Below, in pieces: positions 23,000 through 35,863 of a DNA stretch of 52,736 bases (position 1 is its first letter; every line of letters starts with the position of its first letter). A model generated the notes under the pieces. It saw nothing but the letters and a program-made list of their open reading frames with translations, was not told the origin of the DNA and did not search any database. The stretch comes from Vitrella brassicaformis CCMP3155 (taxonomy: Eukaryota; Protista; Chromerida), in NCBI GenBank assembly GCA_001179505.1, contig CDMY01000554.1, positions 1 to 52,736 on the forward strand, given 5' to 3'. The position numbers and the translations under genes were made by a program.

Positions 23000-25900
23000 A
23001 TGGACGGCCCGGCTCAGCCCGAGCGTCTGACGGCTCGCCAGGCTGCTCTCGCCGTCGGCAAGAAACGCAAACCCATCGCAGCGGGACCGGAGGACGAGGA
23101 TGATCATGACGATGACGGGGATCGCATGAGCATCAGCAGCAGCAGCGGGTCGGATTGGGAGGCCGACCGCCGCGGCAAGAAGAGTGGGCGTCACGCCAAG
23201 AAGACGAAGATCAACGACGGACAGGCCAAGGGGAAGAAGGCCAGCAAGGCAACTAAGGGCAGATCTGATGCTACGATGGCGGAAACTGACGACGTGGCGA
23301 TGCAGTGGGAGGGGAAAGTCTAACATATGACGTACAATAAGGGCGCGTCACCCACTGTCTGTGTTGGTTGTGCGTGTGTGCGATTTCTATGCAGGTTCTG
23401 GATGAGTTGAGTCCCGCCGATGTGTTGAGTGCGCTCGGCGGCATGGTGGAGAAGCTACAGGCGCAGATACAACGCATCGAAGAGGCAAAGGCTAAGGTGG
23501 GTGGAGGGAAGGGTGGGAACGGATGTGTGCGTGTGTGTGTGCGGATGTGTGTCGTGTCCGTCAGGCTGAGCGTGTGTTTGAGTTGAGGATGGATCTGCCG
23601 CAGCCCGAATCCCCCGCACAGAACACACGCATGGAGGTGCGCAACACCCATCCATCCATCCATCCGCGGCACACCGCAGCCATTCACGTGTGTGTGTCAT
23701 TCCGTTCTCTTTCATGCCATGCAGGAAGTTGATCGTCAGTTCCGTGTGTTGGCGTCTATGGCTGTCCGCGACGCCGACATGGAGATGACCCACACCGACA
23801 CGACGGCAATGCCACAGGTCGAGCAGCTGGTCAAGAAGCTCGAGCTGCTGCAGGACAAAATCGACAAAGTCCACCAAGATGACGGCGAGGTACGCAGAAA
23901 CACACACAGACAGACACGGAACAGAAATGCACGCACGCAGGGAGGGAGGGAGGGGGGGAAGGGGACGTCGACACACCCACCCATATTTTCATCAACGTTG
24001 TCTGTTTGTGTGGCCGTATGACAGGTCGGTTTGTGTCTGCGGGGTCTGCCTGAGGCGTTGTGGACGACTGCTGGCGAGCATTTGGGCCTGGGCGGCTTCC
24101 TGGGGCTGACGTCATTCATGCAGTCGCTGTCGAGTGTGAGCACATACTTCCGAGCACTCAGCCTCCACAGCCACATGCACCCTATTGTCGAGCTGCACAA
24201 GTCGCCGCCTGAGGACATCGCAACCAAACTCATCGGTAACCCTGCACAAGCCACCCACATTTCCTGCAGGGGCTGCTCTCGTGTTCAGGTGGCTTGTTGT
24301 CTCATTGCAAGATCCTTCGCGTCAACCATCGCCCCACCCCGACCCTCGTGCGCATGCTGGAGGGCCTTGCAGCCACGCTCGAGTCCATCGATCTGCAGGG
24401 CCGCGCCACGGGCAACCAGGGTGAAGCAGGGGCTTCTCATCTGTCTGCTCACCCTTTCCCCTGTCTGCAGCGGGGGGCATTCGTTATCGCAGGGGGCGAC
24501 CACAGCGAGTTCCTTTGAAGCTGGAGCGCAACAACGTGCGGGTGGTGTTCCCCTGTCTGCGTGAGGCGAGCGTCCGAGGCGGCTGGAACAACCTCCCCAG
24601 CGACCGCAACTATGCGCTGCCTGTGTTGAAGTCGATGAGTGTGGGCGATACCGGCGAGTACGGGCCCCGTGCTTGGCTCGACGCCGCAGTGGTCACAGCT
24701 ACCTTCCAATCGCATCCACAGGAAGGGAAGGAGGGAGCTGTGACCACGGCTGCGCGGTGGGTATTGCGTCGTCTATTGGTGTTTTCTCACGTCAGGCTGA
24801 CCCCAGCTGCAGCCGTGAGGTGGGGCTCGATGCGATCGCTGACTTCCTCGACATGAAATCAGGTGACGTACATAGCATATGGGAATGGCCACACAAGACG
24901 GTTTGGTCTCAATGCATACCTCTTTCTACGTATCAGCCGAGTCTTTGGTGTCGCTGACTGGTCGTGTGGCCTTCCGTCGCACTCATGTGCCGCAGGGGGG
25001 ATACTATTACCAGTACTACAGTGAGGAGCCCATCTACGGCAACGCCGGCAACTTCGCCAACCGCACGGGCCGGCAGCTGCGCAAGATCGAGATGGCCATC
25101 GGCGCCGCTCCGTACTCAGCCGACTTCATTCAGGTGGGTCGCCCCACGGAGACACAAGAGCTGAAATGATGCATTTCTCCATCTTTCCCCCTTACTTCAG
25201 AAGCTTCACGATTTCCGCACGGCATGCGTTGGAGCCGGCGCGAGCGAGAGCTACTACAGCCGCTTCATCAACCACACCAAGCAGGGCCTCGGAGTCCACC
25301 TGCCCTTCGTGGGACCCCGCAGCACCCTCACTGAGTGCCGCTCGACGCTCCACGCAATCTGCGGCGAAGCCGTGGACGTCACCCTCAACTCACACTCGCA
25401 CGTGACCGTGGCCGATCTCGTGATGGGGGAGGCAGAAGACGACCCTGACGTCGGCCAACTGATGTGCCCGAAGGCCAAGCACATGACCATCCAGCCCTCG
25501 ACGCAAGACCAGAGCCTCCCCCTCCCTGACTATCTTGTGACTGATCCTTCCTCCCTCTTCCCATCTGTCGAGTGTGTTGTGGTCAAGCAAGAGCATAAGG
25601 GCAGTCAGTTCTATGATGGGGGTGTGGATCGTGTGCTGGGTGCACTGGGTGGCTCGCTGCGCAAAGTGAGGGTTGAGCTGTCTGTCCCTGGCAGCCAGAA
25701 TACTACTCTGCGGTTCGTGCCTGAGGCGATGACTTTTGTTGCGCCTCAAGGCAGAGATCTGTCGTTGTCCGTCCGCTGGCAGCTCGACAGCAATCCTGCG
25801 CAGACCCCTTCTGTTGACTGGTCGTTGTGGGGCGAGGGCGAGGGCGAGGAAGAGGGCAGGGAGGCGATGGGGCGTGTGCGCAGTGTTGATCTCGAGATGC

Positions 25901-26133
25901 GCACGTCGCTGCACACTGCAGAAAGCAAGGCCATGTATCGCTCCCTTGTCGCGTGTGTGTCTGAGGCCTTTGCTGCCTTCCCTCGCCTCGAGTGTGTTGT
26001 CGTGTCGGAGTCATTTGCCCGCTTCCCTCTCCTGCCCCACATCAGGCAGGCGGCCAAGAAGAGAGTCAGAGTGTCTGTGGGGAGGGGGGAGCGAGGCGAG
26101 TCAGTGGAGATGAGACCATATGACGCCGAGTGA
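23000..26133 (+). CDS. Paralogue of the preceding gene, transcribed divergently, multi-exon
   Basis: gccaccATGG at 23000. Shared motifs: TARQAAL..KRKP, EVDRQFRVLASM, LPEALW..HPIVEL, VTDPSSLFPSV and EAFAAFPRLECVVVS. Last exon 25309..26133. Confidence 0.78.
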
Positions 26134-26862
26134 GAGGCAAGGACAGGAAGCCGCGGAGCATACCGTCCCTTCACAAGACGATTGTTCTATGAGTGCACAT
26201 GAGTGTTCCGTCGCAAAGGGTTTTCTCCCTTCGTGGGAGTGCATGATCTTCTCCTCACCAAGGGACAGAGAGAGACACACAGACAGACACAGAGACAGAC
26301 AGACAGACACTCCTTCCCCTCCCCCACTTGTGTGTGAGGCACACGAACCATTCTTGTGTGTGAGATGGACCCGTTTGATTGCACAATCGCATGCATGATG
26401 CCTGACAGCCCCACTGAGCGCAAAAGCACCCAAGGACAATAGAAGCCACCGCTCCACTCCAGCAAGGTGAGCTCGCATGCAGATGGATCGTTGAAGCTTC
26501 GTCAATAGCTTTCAAAGAGTTGCTCTTGAGCTGCGTCGTCCACAAGCTGTCGGTCATTCATCTCTTTCTGAAACAGATGTGGCCGACGTCGCCTCATCTC
26601 TTCGGACGCATGCCAAGACGCTTGGTAATAAATGAGTCGCTCCGTTTCAAAGTCATCCATCGTTGGTCAGTATGGCAACAGTGGAAGAATGTCCGTCCAT
26701 CCATCTGTCCCCTCGTCAGAGACTTTGTCATGCAGGCCAGCACACAGACGTAGCTTGGCTACATGTATACACCCACCCACCCACACACCAACACAGACAC
26801 CAAGATATCTCATCTCAAGAGCACGATGGACGGCCTAAATGCCACCCATCATGCCCCACATA

Positions 26863-27622
26863 TCACGCAGCCGCCAGTGCGTCGAGTCTCCTCTCCTCTT
26901 CCAGGTCCAGCCGCCTCTCATAGTTGCGCATCATGCGCTCTCGCCGAGTCGCCGACCTCACAGCTGGGTCAGCCGGCCGTCGCATCCGATATCGCCGCCG
27001 CTTGGTGGCGTTGGGGCGCTTGACGAAGGGGCTGCTCACATCATAAGGCGCCTGCACACACACACACGCGCACACATACGACAACAATACAGCTGCAATG
27101 CAGTGCGCGTGTAGCAAGGTATGTCCACTGCCTTACCTGTGCTTTGGTGATGACGGTGTAGTTCATGCCGTAGAAGGGCTCGTCCAGCTTGCGGTAGGGC
27201 ATGGCCCAGTTGACATACTTGTTCTGCAGGTTGCTGGCGTAGCTCTTGCCTCGCCATGGGTGCAGCCCCTTGCCCGACGTCCACCACTTGACCTCCGGCG
27301 GGCCGTTCTCCTTGATCCACTCGAGCTCCCTCTGCTCGCGCTTGATGGCCTGGTGCCAGTTGCGCAGCGCACTGTTGCGGAACTTCCACTTCATCTTCTT
27401 GGCCATCTCCAGCTGAGTGCGGCCTGATGCGCGACGAGGGGCAGATGGGCGACCGACATCAGGGGGGAAAGGGGGGGAGGTCAGGAAGCCGTCGAAGGCG
27501 CCGATGAGGGTGGAGAGGTCATCGGATGGGGAGGGGGGTGGGGGATCTGACGGGATGAGTGAGGGGAGGGCCAGGGGGAGGGCGGACACCAGCAACAGCA
27601 CTGCTCCAAGCATGGATGCCAT
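26863..27622 (-). CDS. Unknown basic protein with signal peptide and Pro/Ser-rich linker (possibly plastid-targeted), two exons
   Basis: MASMLGAVLLLVSALPLALPS leader and a K/R/W-rich body. Phase-0 intron 27136-27052 (gtaagg..gtgcag) joins VITKAQ|APYDVSS. Confidence 0.7.
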
Positions 27623-27689
27623 CGCCGCTAGTGCGCCTTCGCCTTCTTCACTGCATTTCGCAGAAACAGCCGCCTTTTTCGCGCAGCTA

Positions 27690-27713
27690 AGCTCGCAAAC
27701 CTTCGTGCGAGCT
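27690..27713. promoter_or_regulatory. Candidate promoter element AGCTCGCA-N8-TGCGAGCT in the RPS3A bidirectional intergenic region
   Basis: Inverted pair in a 136-bp head-to-head gap. The same core occurs at 1830, 18104, 32489, 37400/37413, 45658 and 51996, all upstream of starts. Function is untested. Confidence 0.45.
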
Positions 27714-27758
27714 AAGGAGCGGAGGAAGATCTGCCAAGCTTCCGGGTGAGGGGTCACC

Positions 27759-29166
27759 ATGGCGGTCGGCAAGAACAAGCGGATCTCCAAGGGCAAAAAG
27801 GGAGGCAAGAAGAAAGTGTAAGCGGCACGCCAGGCACCAGATCAGCTGCGACGAGGGCGGCACGACAGAAGGGTGCATGGGGGTGACGCCTGTGTGTGTC
27901 TTGTGTCATGTGTGTGCCAGCGGCGACCCCTTCGCCAAGAAGGAGTGGTATGAGCTCAAGGCGCCCTCCATGTTCACCGTCCGCAACTTTGGCCAGACGC
28001 TCGTCACCAAATCAGCAGGGACAAGTAAGACACACCCCAGCTGGCCACACACAGACGACACACTGACTGGCACGAACCTCCTCTCACCTGTGTGTGTCGT
28101 CGTTGGTGGGTTCAGAGCTGGCGAGTGACGGTTTGCGTGGTCGCGTGTTTGAGATCTCCCTGGCTGACCTCAACGCCGACTCGGAGGATGTGGCCTTCCG
28201 CAAGATGAAGCTCTGCTGCGAGGAAATCCAGGGTGAGTGAGCATCACGACGGAACGACGTGACACACAGGGAGAGGGCCATGTCGATACATCTTCTGCGT
28301 TGCTTTGATCGATCATTAATCAACGGTGCTTTTTCAGGCAAGAACTGCCTGACGGATTTCCACGGCATGGATTTCACCCGCGACAAGATCTGCAGCCTGG
28401 TGCGCAAGTGGCACTCGCTCATCGAGGCCCACGTCGACGTCAAGACTACCGACGGATACCTCCTGCGCATGTTCTGCATCGGATTCACTAACAGGAGGTA
28501 GGGAACCAACACACACGCATACACATACCTACTGATGCGATGCGGGGGATCGGTGGCACACGTGTGTGTGTGTGTGTGTGTTGTTTGCAGGCCGAATCAG
28601 ACCAAGTCGACGTGCTATGCGCGTTCTTCGCAGGTTCGGGAGATCCGGAGGAAGATGATCGAGATCATGACCAGTGAGGCCAGCAAAGTGCAGCTCAGGG
28701 ACCTTGTCAGGAAATTGTACGTAAGGCAAGAAAGAGAGAAATACAACACCCGGGGGAGTGAAGCGCGTGCGTGGGTGCTCGTGTGTGTGGCCGTCTGTCT
28801 GTCTGTGAATGTGTATGCTTCCCCCCTGCAGCATCCCCGAGTCGATCGGCAAGGAGATCGAGAAGGCCTGCAAGTCCATCTTCCCCCTCCAGAACGTCTT
28901 CATCCGCAAAGTCAAGATCCTCAAGAAACCCAAACTCGACCGTAATACCTAACCCACACACCACCAAAGAAACCAACACGCACATTCCATCCATCACCCA
29001 TGGACCAAGCTCCCCCTCGTTGTGTGGTGGTGTGCGCAATCAATCATCAGTGCAAAGGTTGGCTGAGCTGCACGACACCACCAGTGGGGACAGCGGTTCG
29101 CGGATGGAGCGGCCTGAGGCAGAGGAGGCCAAGAACCTCCTCGAGGAGGGCGCTGACAAGGAGTGA
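27759..29166 (+). CDS. RPS3A: 40S ribosomal protein S3a (eS1), 7 exons
   Basis: [105 protein letters not shown]. Confidence 0.98.
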
Positions 29167-29707
29167 TGACAGACGGCTCTGTCGGCGGCCGTCCATCAGA
29201 TGCAGGCCTTATACGCCACGCAGCGTCACTCTTTCATGTGATGCTGCGTGACGTGTTGGACCTGTAGTGGATGGATCGGTTGCTGGCTGGGCGACAGCAG
29301 AGCAGGATGCTGTGTTCATGCATTGTCCATGTGCTGCATTGCATGCTGTGTGTGCTCGGTGGCCGTGAGGGACGCGACTGACTGAGCATCGTTTTCAATG
29401 AGCCATGTGATGTGAGTATATTTCATTCATTAGAGTCCATCCATCCCTCCCTCCCTCCATCCGTCCATTCATCAACGGGGCACACGCCCTTCCCTCATAT
29501 GCTGGCCGCGCTGTTGAGGCTGATCGTGACATCGAGTGACATCGAAGTGCTCGAAATAGTCTGTCTCATCTATCTCACGTCAGCGCTCGCAGCACAGAGA
29601 CATCCGTCGAGCTTTCCACACACGTACACATCAAGTCCTCTCTCGACGCCCCAGCAGCCATCCGTCTCACAGGTCAAGAACTTCCACGCGGTGGAACGCA
29701 ACGTGAC

Positions 29708-29753
29708 CTGAGATGGTGCAGTCACCATCGAGATGGTGCAGTCACCATCTCAG
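29708..29753. repeat. Tandem 20-bp duplication of a hairpin unit with 11-bp outer inverted ends
   Basis: (GAGATGGTGCAGTCACCATC)x2 at 29710-29749. Each unit has a GATGGTG/CACCATC stem; the outer ends are CTGAGATGGTG...CACCATCTCAG. Confidence 0.9.
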
Positions 29754-29907
29754 CTTCAGGTTGCGTGCCACAGACTCAAGTCCCTGATTCCTTTGAGACC
29801 AGCAAGGGAAAGGAACGTCAATCAATCACTCAACCCCATCCATACCATGCCACGCCACTCGGACCGAGGCTCAGCTCACAATACAAATGCAATCCCATCC
29901 CAATCCG

Positions 29908-32339
29908 TCACTCATCCCGTGGGTGTGGGGTAGAAGCTCGCTGGGGGCCCTCCACCACCCGGTGGTGCAGCGGCAGGTGCTGCGGGGGGGGTGGTGGCTG
30001 TGGTGACGGCTGTCGCGTGTCGCCGCCCTGCTGGCTGCCTGACGGAGGGGACGGGGACGGCACCGACGGATTCACAGCTGGAGCAGCTGGGGCAGGGGGT
30101 GGGTTCAGGCTGCCACCGCCACCACCTCCACCACGAGGAGGCGACTTGGGACGCAGCGCATCGATCTCTGAACACACACAAGACATACATACCCAAATGA
30201 ATGACCAGATGGCCACTTATGGATTGTGTGTGTGTGTGTGTGAAGGTTGTGGCTCACCGGGAGTTGATCCGAGGTATCTGCCACCCCTGGCGTCCTGCAC
30301 GTCCGGGTACACGGCGTCGCCCTCGAAGAAGGTCCGGTATGTGTCGGGGTCGAAGTTGCTCGTGTGGGTGATGGCATTGCCGATCGTCACCCATCCCATG
30401 CGGATGTTCCGGTCGGTGCCGAACAACTCCAATCGCCGACGACCTGATTGATACACAACCGAACACAGAGAGACAGACGAGGGGTGCACGTGTTGGTGTC
30501 AGGGGCATGGTGTGTGTGTGTGTGTCTCTGACTGACTGACCGAGGCAGAAGTGTTCGATGATGTCGTAGAGCTCTTTGGGTTTGGCGGTGCTGCCGAGCT
30601 CCTCGGGCTCCTCGTCGACCAGTATGTCGGTGTCAACGTTGGCGTGGATGAAGTGCCCGTCGGTGCTGCGCTTCACCGTTCCCTTGATGCCCATCAAGCA
30701 GTGCTCCTTCGTACGCTGTGACACACACACACACACACACGACATAGACAGAGGAAGAGAGAAGGCGGAGCATGGTTGGTTGTCCCATTACCTGGAGGAT
30801 AGAGTGTTCGCTGTGCAGTCCTCCCGCATGTGTGTAGGTCTCGCCGGTTTCGAGCTCCTTCTGCTTGCGCCGCTTGCTCTCCCTCTTGTTGGTCTTGAGC
30901 CACCCGATGTCCTCACACCGACGGAAACCCCAGTGACGGAGCAGCTCACGAGCCTATCATGGATGGATACGGGCTTGCGGTGTGGCCGTGTGTCTGACTG
31001 ATGTCCCTCCCTCCCTCCCTCCCTCCCTGACTCGCCTACGTCTTCGAGGTGGTTGTTGGCGGCCCATATCCAGCAGAATGAGGGGTTCTCGGCCACCAAG
31101 TCGACTCGCAGGTTGAGCAGCTCCGCCTGTGTCCACGGCGTGAGGTCCTCTGACGGAACCAGGCTGACCGGCACGCGGTCAGAGTATTCCTGCCAGGGGG
31201 GGTCGACCAATATCACGTCGAAACGACTCCCCTAGCAACCAACGCAGGGAGGGGGAAAGATGGGCGTGCGTTGAGGGAAGTCATGCACTCGGTGTGTGTT
31301 TGTTGTCTGTGTGCTTACGAGTGCGGTGAGGTCAAATGTTTTGAGGTCTGCGGTGATGGAGCAGTAGGGCGTGGCGCGCTTCTGGCAGACGTCATCCTTG
31401 AGGGCCAGCAGCCTCTCCAGCTTGGGATAGTCGGCGAAGCGGTCCTTGGCCTCCCCGTCACGAATGAAGTTCTGCGGACGCTCACCTGCACACATCACAT
31501 ACCACATACCCCACCCACACTTGGTCATGTCCGTTGTGTGTTGTGGCCATCGGCAGGTTGCATTCGCAGGTACCTGTATCCAGGAAGTGCTGGTTGTAGT
31601 CGTTCTTGATCTCAATCTTCTCCCCGCCAAATGGCCGCTTCATCGGCCCTCGCGGCGGAAATGGCGGGCCGCGCGGACCCATCCACTCGCCCTCGCCGCC
31701 AACGGGTGGCCCAAACGGCCCAGGAGGGGGAGGCCCGCCGAACGGCCCATCGTACGGGCCGGGTGGCGGGCCGTATGGCGGAAAGGGACCCTCATGGTTG
31801 CCTCGCCAGCTGGGAGGACGCGGGTAGATGGATGGGCTTGGACCTGGCCCTGGTGGTGGCGGGGGAGGCGGACCCGGTGGGGGAGGGGGCTGGTTCAGCG
31901 GAGGCCTGAACCTCCCTCCCCTGTGGAAAGGCCTGCCTCGGCGGCTGTCGAACATGCGTGGCCGGTGCGGCTGCATGTCCATCATCGGCTGGCCGCCTGG
32001 CGCTTGGTCGTGGTATGGGTGAGGTGGGAGAGGGTAGCCCTCGGGAGGAGGGGAGGGCGGCGGACGGAACGGATGGGAATGGGACGGACCGTTGCTCCAC
32101 CGCATCGAAGACGGGTCGGGAGGTGGCCTCTCGTGCATCATCTGAGGCTCGCTTGGCGGACCTGTGAGACGACAAACAGTCACAGGAAGGCTGAATGCAC
32201 CGTGATCTGATTGATGGTCTGTTGTCCTTCTGACGTCGATCTCACCATCGGCTGGAGGAGGTCCTCTCCATCCTCCATGCGGCGCATCGTAGGGCTGTGG
32301 CCTGCCGTCGAACGGCACGTTCCCCTCATATGGCTGCAT
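29908..32339 (-). CDS. METTL14: m6A methyltransferase complex subunit METTL14/MTB (MT-A70 family), multi-exon
   Basis: [98 protein letters not shown] and GWVTIGN. Long Pro/Gly/Arg-rich N-terminus. ATG at 32339. Confidence 0.95.
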
Positions 32340-32654
32340 CAATCAGCCGAGAAGATGACAGTCAGTCACCGGAGCAGGAAGAAGCAAACAGCAGCCTGAA
32401 GTCAGACAAACGATAGATGCATCATCAGCTGCTTGACGTCCTTGCTCTGCTGCTCTCGCTGGCGCCGTTGTCTCAGCAAAATCCTCACAGCTCGCATGCG
32501 AGCCGCTAGGGTCCTCCCTGAAACCGCTGCTGCGACTGTGAATTGCAGAGCCTTTGAGGCACCGTTTCAGCTCGTGAATCACCGCAGTAACTCATCGTGA
32601 TGCAGCAGCAAGTGAGCCAAACAGGCATAATTGAAGTGAGTTCTGCACGCTGCT

Positions 32655-35066
32655 ATGTCTGTTGCTTCCCTCCGATCAGGCCGTTCAGAGTCCGCCACTG
32701 CAGCTGCAGCAGCGGCTCACCCATCTCGTCCAGATCCACACGCATGTAACCAACACGGAGATCTACCACTGAGCTTGTTCACACAAGCACGATCGCGCGA
32801 AATCTCAGAGAGGCATGTTTGATTGTACCTGCGTGAACAGGCCTCACATGCGCCTGACTGCGGGCATACTGTACGCACGTTGATGGGTGTCGTGTGTGGT
32901 CTTCATTCAGATCACCGAGCAGCTGGCCTGTATGCGAAAATGGCCCCCGCCACCATTGCAAAACAGGTGCGCTCACGCTCACACGAACCGCGAACTGCCA
33001 GACTATGTCCCGGAACTCGTGTGACACGTGTTGCGTGTGTAGACGTGCTCACCTGTGGCCCTATCCCTGCAGCATGAGCTCGCCTTCGCCGTGGCGGTAG
33101 CGGCCAATGCCCTCGGACAAGCGAGTATGGCCCTGTCGACAGCCACAGACGTCACCAGCAAACTCGATGACCGAGTAAGCACATCAGATGACATACTCAC
33201 TTGAAATTTCTTCCATGGGTGGTGTTTTTGTGTCTGTGTGCCGTATGGCTATCAGCGTCGCAAGAAGGAGGGCGCCACGTTCTGCCTAGTGTATGAGAGC
33301 GGCAAGCGGCCCGTTCGTGAGGGACCGGCTGCCTCACCAACCGGCCATGACCTGTTGTCGAGAATCTTCGGGCACCTGCAGCCCTGGGAGCTCAGCCACA
33401 TCCGAACAGGTATCGGCAAGAAGACCTTCCTGCAGGCGGCGAAGCGATACAGACACATCGTCATCGACAACTCAGTCGAGTCTGTCTGCGACATGTGGGA
33501 CCGGATGCCGCTGTCGGTGGCCTTCGAGTGGGGCACGCGCATGCCGCTTGTCAAGACCATTGTCGTGCGCCATCCGCCACTCAGCAAGAAGTGGTCCACG
33601 TCCGTGTTGGCCGAGATGGTCGACGGTCACACCAAGGCACGGAGTGAGCTGCACGAAGCCAGGCGGGCCGAGGCGGAGAGAGAGCGCAGACAGCCACCCA
33701 AGGAGGAGGGGACGCTGGAGTCCATCAGCTTCGTCCAAGCGCCACATAACGGCAGCTGTCTCCCGCAGGATTCGCGCTCTCGGCGCAGCACACCCCCGCC
33801 CGCTCCCCCTCGCCCCCTATTCTCCATGCCCTCAGGTCCCTCAGCGGCCTCCACAAGGATTTTTGCAACGTGATCGACAGCCACAGGTGGCGGATGCCAT
33901 CGCTGCGGCACGTGCAGGGCCATCTCGTGGGTGAGACCTTCACATGCGAGTTTCTCAAGACGTCGCGGTGTCTGGAGAGCCTGGACGTGGGGCAAGAGCA
34001 CGCTGGAGCCATCGCACGTGTGCTGCAGGTGTGCAGATGCCTTTGCACTTGATACCTTGACAATCACTTGCTGATGCATATTTTCAGGGTTGTCAGCTCT
34101 CGAGATTGACGAGCATCGGCACCATATCGGTGCATGGAGCGAGCCACTTGGATCAACTGCGGGTGCAAATGCTTAAAGGCAGACTTGACAGCGACAAATT
34201 CGTCGGTAAATGGGTCTTTTCTTTGTGTTGTTTCAGGTTACCCTCTCCTCTGGTGGTTGCACCTCCCTCCAGTCGGTCACCTTCCTCATTGCTTCCATCG
34301 ACGAGGACACAGTCGCCTCCCTCAACGCGATGGAAGCAATGAGGACATCGGGGGTCGCGACATGCACGGCAGCCATCAACGTGCGGTTCCGGCCCCGGAA
34401 GCGCGAACAGGATATGGACCCCTTCTCCCTGTCGATTCTCCACAACTGCCCCGCCATCTCACTGTCGTCCCCGTTTGTCCGAGACAAGCTCTGCAAGCTC
34501 GCCAAGAGTGCCACTTCGATCGTGTGGCACCCTGATGAGGCCTACCTGACCAACCCTCACGAAATCGGCGACCACGCCAAGCAGCTGGCCGCCATGCTGC
34601 GATTCCCCAAAGCGAGGGCCCTCGATATTGGTCATTTGGGGGAAGTCGCGGCCTTCCAGCTGCCGGCTGCTTCCTCTCATGCGTGGTCGCCACTTGCCCA
34701 TCTCTCGGTCAGGGCACTCCCCAAGACGTTGGCCGAGCTGCATCCCACAGGACGGTTCGGGTTCGAGGCCGTGCGGCTGCTGGCGGCGGCAGGCAAGATC
34801 AAGAACGTCAAAAACATCCATGCCGGTCATGGGCCACGTATGCCGGCGGGTGAGATTCCGCGGCTGCTGGCTGCGATGAAAAAGAAGAGAGTGATCGACA
34901 AGGTGGATGTCAAGGTCACCGCGGAGGGAACGGGGATAATGTGGGGCGATGAGGCTATCGCTGAGACTCTCCCATGTATACGACACCTAGCCGTCGACCT
35001 GACGGGTGGGAGCGCAGACACAAGAAAGAGCACACAGGACAATGGGTGGGCAATGCGTTACTTTCC

Positions 35067-35102
<36 letters not shown>

Positions 35103-35355
35103 GCCGGATGATGCGGCAGCCGCCCCGTTTGTGTATGCGAGCGTCACATCGTGCGTCAAGATCCGTGGCCTGCGACAAGTCGCAATGCGGGTTTACCATG
35201 TCACTCAGCCACGGACTGTCGACAAGCAGATCGTTTCGCTGCGTCATTTCCACCCGATTGACGGCTGGTCAGTGTCATCGGACCGTCTGTGGGGCGATGG
35301 AGTGGAGGTGGAGGCCTTCAAGCGGCCAGTCAGTGAGGTGAGCGATCGTTCGTAA
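32655..35355 (+). CDS. Lineage-specific hypothetical protein (expanded family), multi-exon; 5' end uncertain
   Basis: Spliceable exons (MAPATIAKQ|HELAFAVAVAA...LDDR|RRKKEG..LLSRIFGHLQPWEL..WDRMPLSVAFEWG) and long open frames 33238..33873 and 34210..35355. The start at 32655 is tentative (32940 is an alternative). Confidence 0.65.
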
Positions 35356-35863
35356 TATGTCGTGCATTGCGTTATCTGTGGTGGATGATGTTTCTGTGTG
35401 TGCCGTGCGTTGTATGCATACAGGTCTTTCAAGACGAAGGCGATGCAGACCTGTGTATGTCATGATGGAGATTACACCCATCCTGGCACTGGTGGGTGGG
35501 GATACGCAACCGGTGTGTGAGTGTGAGTGTGAGTGTGTGTGCGGTGGCTGACACACGTTTCAATTTGAGACCGAGTGAGTGGTGCATCGCATCAATGTTT
35601 GATGCACTACATGCGAATGGTCGCCCGCCAGTCAAGGCTTTGTTTGATCGGTTCTCACGTCTCTGGACGTCAGAATTCATCGCTCACACGCACACACACC
35701 ATCAAACAGTCAAGGTGTAATCAGGTCATACACACAGTCATCCACCCGATTTGTCGGATCCGGAAACCGTCACCACAACAAATTCGAACGGCCTAGCTCT
35801 CCAATCACTGTCCGTCACAGCACCGAGAGAAGATACGTCCATCACAGGCCGACCATACGTCAT

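Noticed and set aside
29708-29753. CRISPR-like repeat
   Set aside because: Only two abutting units with no spacer, in a eukaryotic context with no cas genes.
31631-32060. Collagen-like or extensin gene from the Pro/Gly-rich stretch
   Set aside because: It splices in frame into the METTL14 core (..[17 protein letters not shown]), so it is that gene's low-complexity N-terminus.
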